Source of the DNA: Terracidiphilus sp. | GTDB lineage: Bacteria > Acidobacteriota > Terriglobia > Terriglobales > Acidobacteriaceae | Direction: 5' to 3' | NCBI GenBank assembly: GCA_050015115.1 | Contig: JBEKCA010000002.1 | Location: forward strand, 4,345-68,344 | DNA: 64,000 nucleotides | Shown: positions 38,735 through 52,770 of the stretch, piece by piece | Layout: each line of letters starts with the position of its first letter | Position numbering within the stretch: the stretch's first letter is position 1 | Translations under genes and position numbers: made by a program | The notes under the pieces: model-generated | Told to the model about the DNA's origin: nothing | The model's database searches: none | Seen by the model: the letters and a program-made list of their open reading frames with translations, nothing else

Positions 38735-38812
38735 CATCCGAATGTAATTTGCATCGCGGGACCTCGGATTCATTTTGATCTTGGGTTCCCGCTATGCGGA
38801 GAGAGGGTATCT

Positions 38813-38962
38813 ATGCTCTGGACTATCTTTGTAATCCTTCTGGTTCTGTGGCTGTTGGGATTCAGCCTTCATGTTGCTGGCGGCCTTATTCACATCCTCC
38901 TGGTCATAGCATTGGTCGTTCTGGTCTTCAACCTGATCGCTGGACGACGGAGCAGTCTCTGA
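38813..38962 (+). CDS. lmo0937-family small membrane protein (49 aa)
   Basis: Below the ORF-track cutoff; manual translation MLWTIFVILLVLWLLGFSLHVAGGLIHILLVIALVVLVFNLIAGRRSSL; GAGAGGG upstream. Confidence 0.88.
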   Translation: MLWTIFVILLVLWLLGFSLHVAGGLIHILLVIALVVLVFNLIAGRRSSL

Positions 38963-39111
38963 TCTATGGCTGTTTGACTCGTTTGCGGCCGGACGAATCA
39001 AATGGTCAAGCCAGAAGACGAAGCAGGCGGGCCGGGGCAAAGAAACGCGGAAGTGCATGAGTCTCGGCCAGGCAAATGGTTCACACTAGATCCTGATTTT
39101 TTCTGCGTGCG

Positions 39112-39507
39112 TCAAGCAATAAGCTGCATCCTGTGCAGGTTCTCCGATAGATCTGCTGCTCTTATCGGTTTGACCAGGTAAGCATCGCAGAGAGCCTGGA
39201 ACGATCCAACGACTTCCTTGGGATCGTCGACACTTGTGACCATCATAATCTTCACGCCATTGCTTGAAAGAACCCCGTCGTCGATCTCCAAAGCACGAAT
39301 CCGGTTCACTGCCTCCACGCCATCCATCTTCGGCATCCTGATGTCCATGCAGATCAGATCGTAGGGCGCGGCTGCGGCCAAGGCCATGCGAAACGCTTCC
39401 ACGGCTTCTTCCCCGTCGATGGCAATGTGGCATTCGCCGTATCGGGCAAGCAGATTCTGCATTAGAATCCGATTGGTAAATTCATCTTCAACAACAAGTG
39501 TTTTCAT
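39112..39507 (-). CDS. Single-domain response regulator (CheY-like)
   Basis: LVVEDE, ICMDIRMPKMDG, MVTS, YLVKP. Confidence 0.92.
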   Translation of the reverse strand: MKTLVVEDEFTNRILMQNLLARYGECHIAIDGEEAVEAFRMALAAAAPYDLICMDIRMPKMDGVEAVNRIRALEIDDGVLSSNGVKIMMVTSVDDPKEVVGSFQALCDAYLVKPIRAADLSENLHRMQLIA

Positions 39508-39528
39508 GATGCCTCATTCCTTCCTATT

Positions 39529-44274
<4,746 letters not shown>

Positions 44275-44438
44275 ACTTCACCTCAATGGGGAGAGACCAC
44301 TCTATCCTTATCGGCGCGCTTCGGCAGGTCATAACAACAAGGGCTGATTGCCGCGCTCTACGTTGGAATTCCCTCATCAAACACCGTTAGTCATAGCCGA
44401 ACTGCTCAAAAGCAGTTTCGCTGAAGAAATCAGCGAGA

Positions 44439-44828
44439 GCTATCCCGGTCGTCAATGATCGTTGGGAGCTCGGCATTGCCTCCTCCATTCACGCAGGGCT
44501 GCGCGCCGTTGCTCTCATCGCGCCGCAGCCCCCTGGAGTTTTGATGCTGGGTTGCGACCAGCCGCGAATTACCGCCTGTCACCTGCGGAAGTTGCTTGAG
44601 ATGTTCGATGCGCAGGCTTCGGCCGCTATGGTTGCCTCGGCTTATGCAGACACGCTAGGAATTCCCGCCGTGTTTCCCCGCGAGGTCTTCGCTGACCTTC
44701 ATGCGCTCACCGGCGACAAGGGCGCACGATCCCTGCTCATGCAGCCTTCGTGCCCGCTGTTCCAAATACCCTTCCCCGGCGGAGAGATCGACATTGACCT
44801 GCCTGCCGATCTCGCTCAACTTGAGTAA
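44439..44828 (+). pseudogene. 5'-truncated MocA/YgfJ-like nucleotidyltransferase remnant
   Basis: Frame reads AIPVVNDRWELGIASSIHAGL...LGCDQP...GIPAVF...LTGDKGAR...DIDLPADL; in-frame TAG at 44394 and no N-terminal LAAG.S.R motif. Confidence 0.75.
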
Positions 44829-44931
44829 TCTGTTCTGGAATAACCTTCAGCAGTTTTCTACAGGTACTTCCTCATAACTCGAATGCAGCGCTTCTTCAAA
44901 CCTGGCAAGCAATCATGACAGGTAGGTTTAT

Positions 44932-45405
44932 CTAAAGACCCGGTGATTTAGGTGCGGCCAATGGGTCATGCTTTGCGGCAGCCTCGGCCGCAGTTTCGTC
45001 TGCACTACTGGACATTGACTCAAGATGACCTGTCGCTTCCGCGACTTTCCTCAACAAGTCGGTCGGATGTACGGGCTTCGACAGGATTTCGAAATCATAC
45101 CCCTTGGCCCGCGCATCCTCAAGCATGCCGGCGGTAGCGGCTTGTCCTGAGAACAACAGCACCTTGCAGTTTGGGCATTGCTTTTGGATCTGAATTGCCA
45201 ACTCGATGCCTGAGAACTGCGGCATGACTACGTCGGATATCAGGAGGTCTGGAGCCTGAGACCGAGCTGCTGCGAGAGCTTCCGAAGGTGCTTGAAACGA
45301 TACGGCGTCAAAGCCCTTGTGGGTCAATATCAGTCCAAGGGTAGATGCAATCACAAACTCGTCGTCAACAACAAAAACACGGAGCCGCTTGCGTGTGTGT
45401 GCCAT
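44932..45405 (-). CDS. Single-domain response regulator
   Basis: VFVVDDE, LISDVVMP..SG, LFSG, LSKP; AAGGAG upstream of ATG 45405. Confidence 0.9.
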   Translation of the reverse strand: MAHTRKRLRVFVVDDEFVIASTLGLILTHKGFDAVSFQAPSEALAAARSQAPDLLISDVVMPQFSGIELAIQIQKQCPNCKVLLFSGQAATAGMLEDARAKGYDFEILSKPVHPTDLLRKVAEATGHLESMSSSADETAAEAAAKHDPLAAPKSPGL

Positions 45406-45725
45406 CGTTATGTCTCCTTGAACAAACTCGCAGACGAGCTGATAAACTCGCCGTCGAAGAGGTTTCTGTTGTGTGATTGGATCCGAAAGACCCAACGTCG
45501 AGTTAGACTGAAGCAGATTAGCTTTCGCATCGGGAATCGGTGAACGATGCATTCGTTTGCGCAGTCTTATTGAAGATAAAAGGGGACTCAACAGACTGGC
45601 TGATACACAGTTTACGCTCAGGCCGCAAAAAACATGTTCTGAAAGATACACGCCTCACGCGATGGCTCGCGCATCGAATCACAACGTCTCCGGCATTCGT
45701 CCCTGCAATATGACGCTCTCCATCC

Positions 45726-46631
45726 TCACTCTTTCTTCACTGCGTGCCCGCCAAAGGCGTTGCGCATGATCGCCAGCATCCGGTCGGTGAAGTTATTCTC
45801 TTCACGCGAGCGAATACGGCGAATCACCGACTCTGTAATCACCGGAGCTGAAACGTTCAGATTGATCGCCTCGAAGACTGTCCAGCGTCCTTCGCCAGAG
45901 TCGACAACATACGCCTGCAAACCATCCAGCGTCGGATTGCCGGCCAGTGCCTCTGCTGTTAGATCCAGCAGCCAACTGCGCACGACGCTGCCGTACCGCC
46001 AGATATCGGCGATTTGCGGCAGGTCCAGTTTCATTTCCTCTTTCTTTTCGAGGATGGTAAAACCCTCGGCATAGGCTTGCATCAATCCATACTCGATGCC
46101 GTTGTGAACCATCTTCACAAAGTGGCCGGAGCCACCTGGGCCCACCCGTCCCCATCCCTTGTCGGCTGCCGGGGCCAGCGTCTCAAAGATCGGCGCCAGG
46201 TGCTCGATCGGCTCCGCATCCCCGCCAATCATCATGCTGTAGCCCGATCTCAATCCCCACACTCCACCCGAGGTTCCAACATCCACAAACTGGAACCCTT
46301 TCGCGGTAACTTCTTTATGTCGCCTGATCGTGTCGTTGTAATTCGAGTTACCCCCGTCAATCAATATGTCGCCGGGATCCAGCAGGGGTTCCAGCTTGGC
46401 GATCGTCTCGTCAACCGGATCGCCCTGCGGGACCATCATCCAGATGGCTCTTCGTCCCTCCAGCCTCTGCACCAGGTCTTTGAGCGATGCCACACCCACG
46501 TTTCCAGTAGCCGTCAACCGGGCCACCGCCTCGGCATCGAAGTCGAAGCCAACCACTTGATGGCCGCCCAGCCGCAGCCGCTCAGCCATGTTGCCGCCCA
46601 TCTTTCCCAGTCCAATCAATCCAAGCTGCAT
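45726..46631 (-). CDS. gnd: 6-phosphogluconate dehydrogenase, decarboxylating (short YqeC/GntZ type)
   Basis: GLGKMG, IDGGNS, DVGTSGGVWG, GHFVKMVHNGIEYG, DSGEGRWT, RNAFGGH. Confidence 0.95.
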   Translation of the reverse strand: MQLGLIGLGKMGGNMAERLRLGGHQVVGFDFDAEAVARLTATGNVGVASLKDLVQRLEGRRAIWMMVPQGDPVDETIAKLEPLLDPGDILIDGGNSNYNDTIRRHKEVTAKGFQFVDVGTSGGVWGLRSGYSMMIGGDAEPIEHLAPIFETLAPAADKGWGRVGPGGSGHFVKMVHNGIEYGLMQAYAEGFTILEKKEEMKLDLPQIADIWRYGSVVRSWLLDLTAEALAGNPTLDGLQAYVVDSGEGRWTVFEAINLNVSAPVITESVIRRIRSREENNFTDRMLAIMRNAFGGHAVKKE

Positions 46632-46820
46632 AACTCCTCCAGTAGTGTTGGCTAGCTGCCGCCAACGTTCAAATCTGTGTTGTAACCAAGCCAGAGTTTC
46701 TTCTCTCGCAATAAACTGTCCATAACAACGTCCAGCGCGGCTCGATGCCCTGCGCACCAGAGCCCTCGCCATGCTGGTCAAGCCAACGATGTTGCGGCGG
46801 CCAGGATTGGGACTTCTCTC

Positions 46821-46997
46821 TCATTGCTCTGCTTTGATCGACTGATTCGGGGAATTGGGCGGCGCGATCGGCCGCTGCTTCTTGGATGCGATCTGGAAGC
46901 AGAAGGTTTCCAGCTGCTTATTGAACCAAACGTTCATCTCCAACCGGTCAGCCGGCCGATGATAGACATTGCTCAGGGCCGGCTGCTTGCAGGGCAT
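46821..46997 (-). CDS. Possible small protein (58 aa), frame open up to the MITE junction
   Basis: Manual translation MPCKQPALSNVYHRPADRLEMNVWFNKQLETFCFQIASKKQRPIAPPNSPNQSIKAEQ; no homology recognised. Confidence 0.25.
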   Translation of the reverse strand: MPCKQPALSNVYHRPADRLEMNVWFNKQLETFCFQIASKKQRPIAPPNSPNQSIKAEQ

Positions 46998-47029
46998 TGC
47001 GGATGGCTGAGTGGAGGATGACTTACTTA

Positions 47030-47180
47030 GAACTTATTCGTAAATTGGGAAAACAATGGAGCGCCGGTCTCCAGACCGGCTGAACTGGCGGCGTTCTCGC
47101 CGCCAGACGTCGCCCGCCGGTATTAAGACCCACAATCCCGCTGAGTCGGAGACCGGCGCTGCCAATTCACGGAAAGGCTC
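47030..47180 (+). mobile_element. 151-bp MITE-like element, copy 3 (more diverged)
   Basis: TTA|GAACTTATTCGTAAATTGG ... CCAATTCACGGAAAGGCTC|TCA; same internal hairpins as copies 1 and 2. Confidence 0.85.
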
Positions 47181-47200
47181 TCAGCCGCGGGTTTAGCGTC

Positions 47201-47899
47201 CTAAGGAGTCTGTGTCGCCGGCGGAACAGCGGGAAGAATCCGGGCTGCCTTGATCTTGTCTATCCGAGGAAAATTAGCCTTCAGGTAGGCGTCGCCCTGG
47301 TTGGTGATCAGGTCCTGACGAGGGGATTCACGATAGCCAGGAAAGATCTTGTCCACCACGTCCATGCCTTCGACGACGGTGCCAAAGGGCGCGAAGCCCA
47401 TGCCGTCAAGGCGGGAGTTGTCAGCATAGTTGATGAAGAGCTGGGTGGTGCGTGTGCCAGGGCCGGCCGTGGCAAAGACGATGCTTCCACGCTTGTTGCT
47501 CTGCGCGACAGGGTCATCCTTGATTTTTGCATTGAACCAGGCCCTGTTAACGGCAGGATCGGCGCTGAGCCCGAACTGCACAACGAAGCCAGGAACGACC
47601 CGAAAGAATGCCGCGTTGGTGAAGTAGCCATTGCGGACCAGGTTGTAAAAGCGGTCTGCGCCGAGGGGCGCCCAATCGCGATGAACTTCAATGACGAAGT
47701 CGCCCGCAGTGGTCGAGAACTCCGCCCTGAAGACCGCGGGCGCCTTGGCCGTAAACGATGACGGGCTGAGCAGGGAGAGATGCGGGCCGGCGGTGGGGCT
47801 GGCGGCACCGCTCTTCGCCGGAGCGCTGTTGGTGGCTGGGGTCTGGGCTTGGACGAGAAGGCTCGCAGATAAAACAAGGACCATCGCAATTGTCTTCAT
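47201..47899 (-). CDS. Cyclophilin-type peptidyl-prolyl isomerase, exported
   Basis: WAPLGADRF, FFRVVPGFVVQFG, RTTQLFIN, FAPFG.VVEGMDVVD. Confidence 0.92.
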   Translation of the reverse strand: MKTIAMVLVLSASLLVQAQTPATNSAPAKSGAASPTAGPHLSLLSPSSFTAKAPAVFRAEFSTTAGDFVIEVHRDWAPLGADRFYNLVRNGYFTNAAFFRVVPGFVVQFGLSADPAVNRAWFNAKIKDDPVAQSNKRGSIVFATAGPGTRTTQLFINYADNSRLDGMGFAPFGTVVEGMDVVDKIFPGYRESPRQDLITNQGDAYLKANFPRIDKIKAARILPAVPPATQTP

Positions 47900-47985
47900 G
47901 GCCACGATTATACAAAGCGCCAGCCTTGGTTGGGAGCGCGGACAATCGCATGAAACGAGAAATAGGATGCACACGGGCTTTGAAA

Positions 47986-48134
47986 GGGCACTGCTTCAGC
48001 CGTGCCGACGCATCCGGCTCAATCGTGCTAGGTTTTAACCCCTGAGCGAATTCTTTTGCACGGGAAAACCATCCCTCGGCGGCTATAGCCGGACTGCGCG
48101 GACCCTCCTGAGCGGCACGGCTGAAGCCGTGCCC
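47986..48134. repeat. REP-like doublet (BIME/REPIN-like)
   Basis: GGGCACTGCTTCAGCCGTGCC (47986-48006) inverted to GGCACGGCTGAAGCCGTGCCC (48114-48134), with an inner pair GGTTTTAACCCCTGAG / CTCGGCGGCTATAGCC. Confidence 0.8.
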
Positions 48135-48160
48135 TGTTACAAGGCGGCTAATTCGGGTTT

Positions 48161-48205
48161 GTGGTTCCCACCCTTCCGCACAGATCGCGGAAGGATGGGG
48201 CACCC
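48161..48205. repeat. REP-like palindrome, second family
   Basis: GTGGTTCCCACCCTTCCGCA-cagatc-GCGGAAGGATGGGGCACCC; related copy at 57818-57900. Confidence 0.8.
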
Positions 48206-48219
48206 GGCAATTGCTGACT

Positions 48220-49086
48220 TCATGATTGCCTCAGGTAGACCAGCTTAGAACTCGCATCTTCGAACGGCTTGTCAAAGCATTCCGCCCCATCAACATTCGC
48301 TCCGTAGAAGGTGTACCGGACCATCAAATATAGGTTCGTGACAATTATGATTAGAGGCTCAGTCCTATGGTCAAAGGTCGTCTTAATGTTTTCTCCAACC
48401 TTGAAGGCTATGCCCGAATCAGCGAAGATATTGTCCAGTGACCTGATCGAGCAATGCACCATCGCTGAACCGCCTCGATAGTCGCCGGCATACTGCCTTC
48501 TAATCCAATCGCCGTGATTGATCTGGCTGTCCAAAGGGTGGGGCTCGGTGGCAATCTTCCAACCGTTCCAGTCGCTATTTTCGATCAGTTTCCAGTCGTT
48601 GAAAGGCAGGTTCTTTTTTCTCATGCGATCGGGAACAATTGAAGCCCATCGATCTTCAATTCCTTCTCTTTCGGCGAAAGCCTCGACAGCGTCCAAGTCC
48701 GCACCTGGGCTGAGATACTTTCGGCACTGTTCGAGAAAGTACTTCTTTTCACAGAAGAGGAAATCTACATAATCATTCGATCTTGAATCAATTTTTCCGC
48801 GGTCAAGCGTCATATACCGAAGGCTCAGGCTGCACTCAATAATAGAGCGAGCAGTCCCGAACGCCTCATCGGAATACCCCGCCTCAAGCAGGGCAATGCA
48901 CGCCACGCTCAGTCTGTACGCCTTGTTGAGAAGGGAAAATGCGATGCTGTCAAACGTACGCCCGGAGGGGCTAATTACGTAAATTCCTCTGGCGTCAATA
49001 GAAGACTTCCATTGCTTTAGATATTCTTTGACGACGGCGAGGTTTTCCGCAAACTTCACGTCAGGATCGGAATCAACATGCGTCAT
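48220..49086 (-). CDS. DUF5677-like helical protein
   Basis: LL..G...EA...ARS..E.....Y motif and Y...S..VH motif; more AT-rich codon usage than neighbours. Confidence 0.65.
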   Translation of the reverse strand: MTHVDSDPDVKFAENLAVVKEYLKQWKSSIDARGIYVISPSGRTFDSIAFSLLNKAYRLSVACIALLEAGYSDEAFGTARSIIECSLSLRYMTLDRGKIDSRSNDYVDFLFCEKKYFLEQCRKYLSPGADLDAVEAFAEREGIEDRWASIVPDRMRKKNLPFNDWKLIENSDWNGWKIATEPHPLDSQINHGDWIRRQYAGDYRGGSAMVHCSIRSLDNIFADSGIAFKVGENIKTTFDHRTEPLIIIVTNLYLMVRYTFYGANVDGAECFDKPFEDASSKLVYLRQS

Positions 49087-49134
49087 TGACAAATCTCCCG
49101 CACGACACAAGATTGTTCGGACGCTTGCAAAGGC

Positions 49135-49165
49135 AAAGGCGGCGGAGCACAGCCCCACCGCCTTT
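49135..49165 (-). terminator. Probable dnaK terminator
   Basis: Minus strand AAAGGCGGTGGGGC-tgt-GCTCCGCCGCCTTT just after the dnaK stop. Confidence 0.65.
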
Positions 49166-49187
49166 AGGTACGCCTGGACGGCAAGTC

Positions 49188-51122
49188 CTACTTCTTGTCT
49201 TCCACGTCGACATACTCGGCGTCGATCACGCCTTCGTCCTTTTTGGCTTCGGCGTTGGGTGCTGCTCCATCGCCGCCGGGAGCTGCCCCCGGCGTTGCGC
49301 TTGCCGCAGTCGCTTTGTAGACGATCTCGGCCAGCTTGTGCGAGGCATGAGTCAGCTTCTCGTGCTGTGCCTGCAACTCCTTGGAGGTCGGCGTGCCTTC
49401 GAGCAGCTTCTTGCTTTCGGCCAGTACCGTTTCGACCTCAGCCTTCACCGGAGCGGCCTCCGCGCCCGAGATCTTGTCGCCGGAGTCCTTGAGCATCTTG
49501 TCGATGTTGTAGACCATGCCATCGAGCGAGTTGCGTGCGTCGATTTCGTCGCGCTTTTCCTTATCCTCGGCAGCGTGCGCCTCGGCCTCCTTGGCCATCT
49601 TCTCGACCTCGTCCTTGCTCAGGCCCGAGCTGGACGTAATCGTAATGCGCGTGTCCTTGCCGGTGGCGTTGTCCTTGGCCGTCACGTTGAGGATGCCGTT
49701 TGCATCGATGTCAAACGTAACCTCGATCTGCGGCACGCCGCGCGGTGCGGGCATGATTCCGCCCAGCTTGAACTTGCCCAGCGTCCGATTCTGCGCGGCC
49801 ATAGGCCGCTCGCCTTGCAGAACGTGCACCTCGACCTCGGTTTGCGAGTCGGCCGCCGTCGAAAAGGTCTCGGTCTTTTTGGTCGGGATCGTCGTGTTGC
49901 GCGGAATCATCGACGTAGCCACGCCGCCCAGAGTCTCGATCGACAACGTCAGAGGCGTCACATCGAGCAGGAGCAGATCCTTGACCTCGCCGGCTAGCAC
50001 ACCCGCCTGCACAGCCGCTCCGATCGCCACCACTTCGTCGGGATTGACCCCGCGATGCGGCTCGCGGCCAAAGAGCTTCTTGACGATCTCCTGAATCTTG
50101 GGCATGCGCGTCTGGCCGCCGACAAGAACTACCTCGTCGATTTTGTCGACGCTCACCCCCGCATCGGCGATGGCCTTCTTGCAGGGCTCGAGCGAGCGCT
50201 CCAAAAGGTCGTCGACCAACTGTTCCAGCTTGGAGCGAGTCAGCTTGCGCACAAGATGCTTCGGCCCTGTGGCATCCGCGGTAACAAAAGGCAGATTGAT
50301 TTCAGTCTCGATGGTTGTCGAGAGCTCGATCTTGGCCTTTTCGGCAGCGTCTTTGAGCCGTTGCAAGGCCATTTCGTTGCCCTTCGAGCTCAGGTCCAGC
50401 CCCTGCTCTTGCTTGAACTCAGCGATCAGCCAATCGACGATGCGCTGGTCGAGGTTGTCGCCGCCCAGGTGAGTGTCGCCATTGGTGGACTTGACCTCGA
50501 TAACGCCTTCGCCCACTTCCAAAATGGAGATGTCGAATGTACCGCCGCCGAAGTCGTAAACGGCAATCGTCTCGTCCTTTTTCTTGTCCAGCCCATAGGC
50601 CAGCGCTGCTGCGGTCGGCTCGTTGACGATGCGCTTCACGTCAAGTCCGGCGATCTTTCCCGCGTCCTTCGTAGCCTGACGCTGTGCGTCATTAAAGTAG
50701 GCCGGTACGGTGATCACCGCCTCAGTGACGGTCTCGCCCAGGTAGGCCTCGGCGCTCTTCTTCAGTTTTTGCAGGATCATGGCCGAGATCTCGGGCGGGG
50801 TATACTCCTTGCCCTGAGCCATCACGCCCACATGATCGCCCTGCGAGATTACCTTGAAGGGGACCATCTTCATCTCGTCGCTGACTTCGTTGTAGCGGCG
50901 GCCCATGAAGCGCTTGATCGAGAAGATTGTGTTCTCAGGATTGGTTATGGCCTGGCGCTTGGCAACTTGACCCACCAGCCGCTCGCCGCTCTTGGTGAAG
51001 GCGACGACGGAGGGCGTGGTACGCGCACCCTCCTCATTTGGAATGACTTTTGGCTCGCCGCCCTCGAGAACGGCGACGCAGGAGTTGGTGGTGCCAAGAT
51101 CGATGCCGATAATTTTTGCCAT
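49188..51122 (-). CDS. dnaK: Chaperone DnaK (Hsp70)
   Basis: [50 protein letters not shown]. Confidence 0.98.
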   Translation of the reverse strand: MAKIIGIDLGTTNSCVAVLEGGEPKVIPNEEGARTTPSVVAFTKSGERLVGQVAKRQAITNPENTIFSIKRFMGRRYNEVSDEMKMVPFKVISQGDHVGVMAQGKEYTPPEISAMILQKLKKSAEAYLGETVTEAVITVPAYFNDAQRQATKDAGKIAGLDVKRIVNEPTAAALAYGLDKKKDETIAVYDFGGGTFDISILEVGEGVIEVKSTNGDTHLGGDNLDQRIVDWLIAEFKQEQGLDLSSKGNEMALQRLKDAAEKAKIELSTTIETEINLPFVTADATGPKHLVRKLTRSKLEQLVDDLLERSLEPCKKAIADAGVSVDKIDEVVLVGGQTRMPKIQEIVKKLFGREPHRGVNPDEVVAIGAAVQAGVLAGEVKDLLLLDVTPLTLSIETLGGVATSMIPRNTTIPTKKTETFSTAADSQTEVEVHVLQGERPMAAQNRTLGKFKLGGIMPAPRGVPQIEVTFDIDANGILNVTAKDNATGKDTRITITSSSGLSKDEVEKMAKEAEAHAAEDKEKRDEIDARNSLDGMVYNIDKMLKDSGDKISGAEAAPVKAEVETVLAESKKLLEGTPTSKELQAQHEKLTHASHKLAEIVYKATAASATPGAAPGGDGAAPNAEAKKDEGVIDAEYVDVEDKK

Positions 51123-51164
51123 GGTTGGTTTTCCCGCCTGTTGTATAGAATTTCCGACTGTTCC

Positions 51165-51220
51165 AGGGTGCCATATTGAGTGAGTTATTGTCAACTATTC
51201 TTGATCATATCTACATAAAT
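51165..51220 (-). promoter_or_regulatory. dnaK promoter with HAIR-like (HspR-type) inverted repeat
   Basis: ATTGAGT-N7-TGTCAAC (51175-51195) resembles CTTGAGT-N7-ACTCAAG and overlaps minus-strand TTGACA (51189-51194); weaker CTTGATC-N7-CATAAAT at 51200-51220. Confidence 0.55.
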
Positions 51221-51330
51221 ATCGCGCAACGGCGCTCCGAGAAAAAGCTCTTGCTAATCAAATCGGACTACTTTAGTCTTATTTTCGAATACACGACTCT
51301 TTTAGTCGTATATCCACGGAGGATTCAAGA

Positions 51331-52218
51331 TTGCTGCTCAAACCCCTCAGACACGGCCGTTGGCTAGCTCCCAGCCTTCTGCTCCTGATCGCAGTTGCCG
51401 TTAATGCGCAGGACAAGCCCTACTTTGTCACCTACTCTCACGATCTCGAAGAGCCCGGCAACCTGGAGGTCGAGACCAAAACAGCTCTGGCGCGGCCCGG
51501 CGGAGGAGACCGCTATGGAGCGACAGCGATGGAGCTCGAGTACGGTACTCGGGCCTGGTGGACGACAGAGCTGTACCTGGATGGCCAGGCCACAGGAGGC
51601 GACTCGACCCTCTACACCGGCTGGCGGCTGGAGAACCGTATCCGTCCGCTGATGCGGGATCACGCAATCAATCCAGTGTTTTATATCGAGTATGAAAACA
51701 CCTCCGGCGCCGACAAAACGATCCTTGAAGTGACGGGACACGACGGCCAGGCCGATCTGGCCCCGCCCAACGGCGAATTGCGCCGGGAGCACCAGCACGA
51801 GGCGGAATTGAAGCTGATTCTCTCCTCCAACGTTCGCGATTGGAACATCAGCGAAAACTTCATCACGGAAAAAAACCTTGGCCATGCCCCATGGGAGTTC
51901 GGCTACGCAGTCGGCGCGGCGCGGCCCCTGCGCAGCGCTGCGAGCGGCAGGGAATGCGCCTTTTGCACGGAGAGATTCATCGCAGGATTCGAGGGTTATG
52001 GTGGCTTGGGCGATACCTTCGGCCTGTCGATGCGCGACACTTCGCACTACGTCGCGCCGCTCATTGGCTGGCAGCTGCCTCAAGGGGTGCGACTTAGCTT
52101 CTCGCCAGGCTTTGGGCTGACAGACACAAGTCTCGCGAGAGTTTATCGCGTGGGTCTGGCCTATGAATTCGAGCAGGTTGGCGGGCGCTTCCATCGCTCG
52201 CAAGGAGGTGGGCAATGA
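51331..52218 (+). CDS. Exported protein, probable outer-membrane beta-barrel
   Basis: Signal peptide; alternating amphipathic strands (ELEYG, FGYAVG, LSFSPGFG, RVGLAYEF); ATGA overlap with cytochrome c. Confidence 0.7.
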   Translation: MLLKPLRHGRWLAPSLLLLIAVAVNAQDKPYFVTYSHDLEEPGNLEVETKTALARPGGGDRYGATAMELEYGTRAWWTTELYLDGQATGGDSTLYTGWRLENRIRPLMRDHAINPVFYIEYENTSGADKTILEVTGHDGQADLAPPNGELRREHQHEAELKLILSSNVRDWNISENFITEKNLGHAPWEFGYAVGAARPLRSAASGRECAFCTERFIAGFEGYGGLGDTFGLSMRDTSHYVAPLIGWQLPQGVRLSFSPGFGLTDTSLARVYRVGLAYEFEQVGGRFHRSQGGGQ

Positions 52219-52592
52219 AGCATCTTGCATCCGGAATTCTTGCGATCGCCCTTAGCGCAACTGTCTCTTTTGCCGCGGCTTCGAGCGCCAGATGGCAGCA
52301 GGTTCCCTCCAGGGATCATGCGCAGGCAAACCCCTTGGCCGCACAGCCAGAGGCAATCGCGGCCGGGGCGCTCGTCTATCGCGAACACTGCCAGCAATGC
52401 CACAAGGCAAATGCGCAAGGCGACGGCCGCAAGCGTCCGGCACTGCGCAGCGAGCGGATCCGAACGGCAAGCGATGGCGACATCGAGTGGTTTCTCCGCC
52501 AGGGCGATCTGGTTCACGGCATGCCCTCGTGGTCGAGCCTGCCGCAGTCGCAACGCTGGCAGATTGTTACCTATCTAAAGTCAATTCAATAG
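52215..52592 (+). CDS. Monoheme c-type cytochrome
   Basis: Signal peptide; CQQCH heme motif; GMPSW axial Met; WQIVTYL. Confidence 0.9.
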   Translation: MKHLASGILAIALSATVSFAAASSARWQQVPSRDHAQANPLAAQPEAIAAGALVYREHCQQCHKANAQGDGRKRPALRSERIRTASDGDIEWFLRQGDLVHGMPSWSSLPQSQRWQIVTYLKSIQ

Positions 52593-52770
52593 CACGTCCC
52601 ATCATCGATTGACCGCGCCTGGTTGCGATCTTGGTCCCCGCATGACCTCGGTCATCATGGTTCTGGATTTGCACCGGGCGCACCTTACACGCCGAGAGCT
52701 GGACCTGATAGCATCAGAGGATAAAAAGCAGCTTCACCGCTTAATTCTCACGTCAAACTGCCGGAGTCCC

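Noticed and set aside
49086-51179. Long plus-strand ORFs (303 and 374 aa) opposite dnaK
   Set aside because: Well-known antisense-frame artefact of high-GC dnaK genes, often misannotated as glutamate dehydrogenase.
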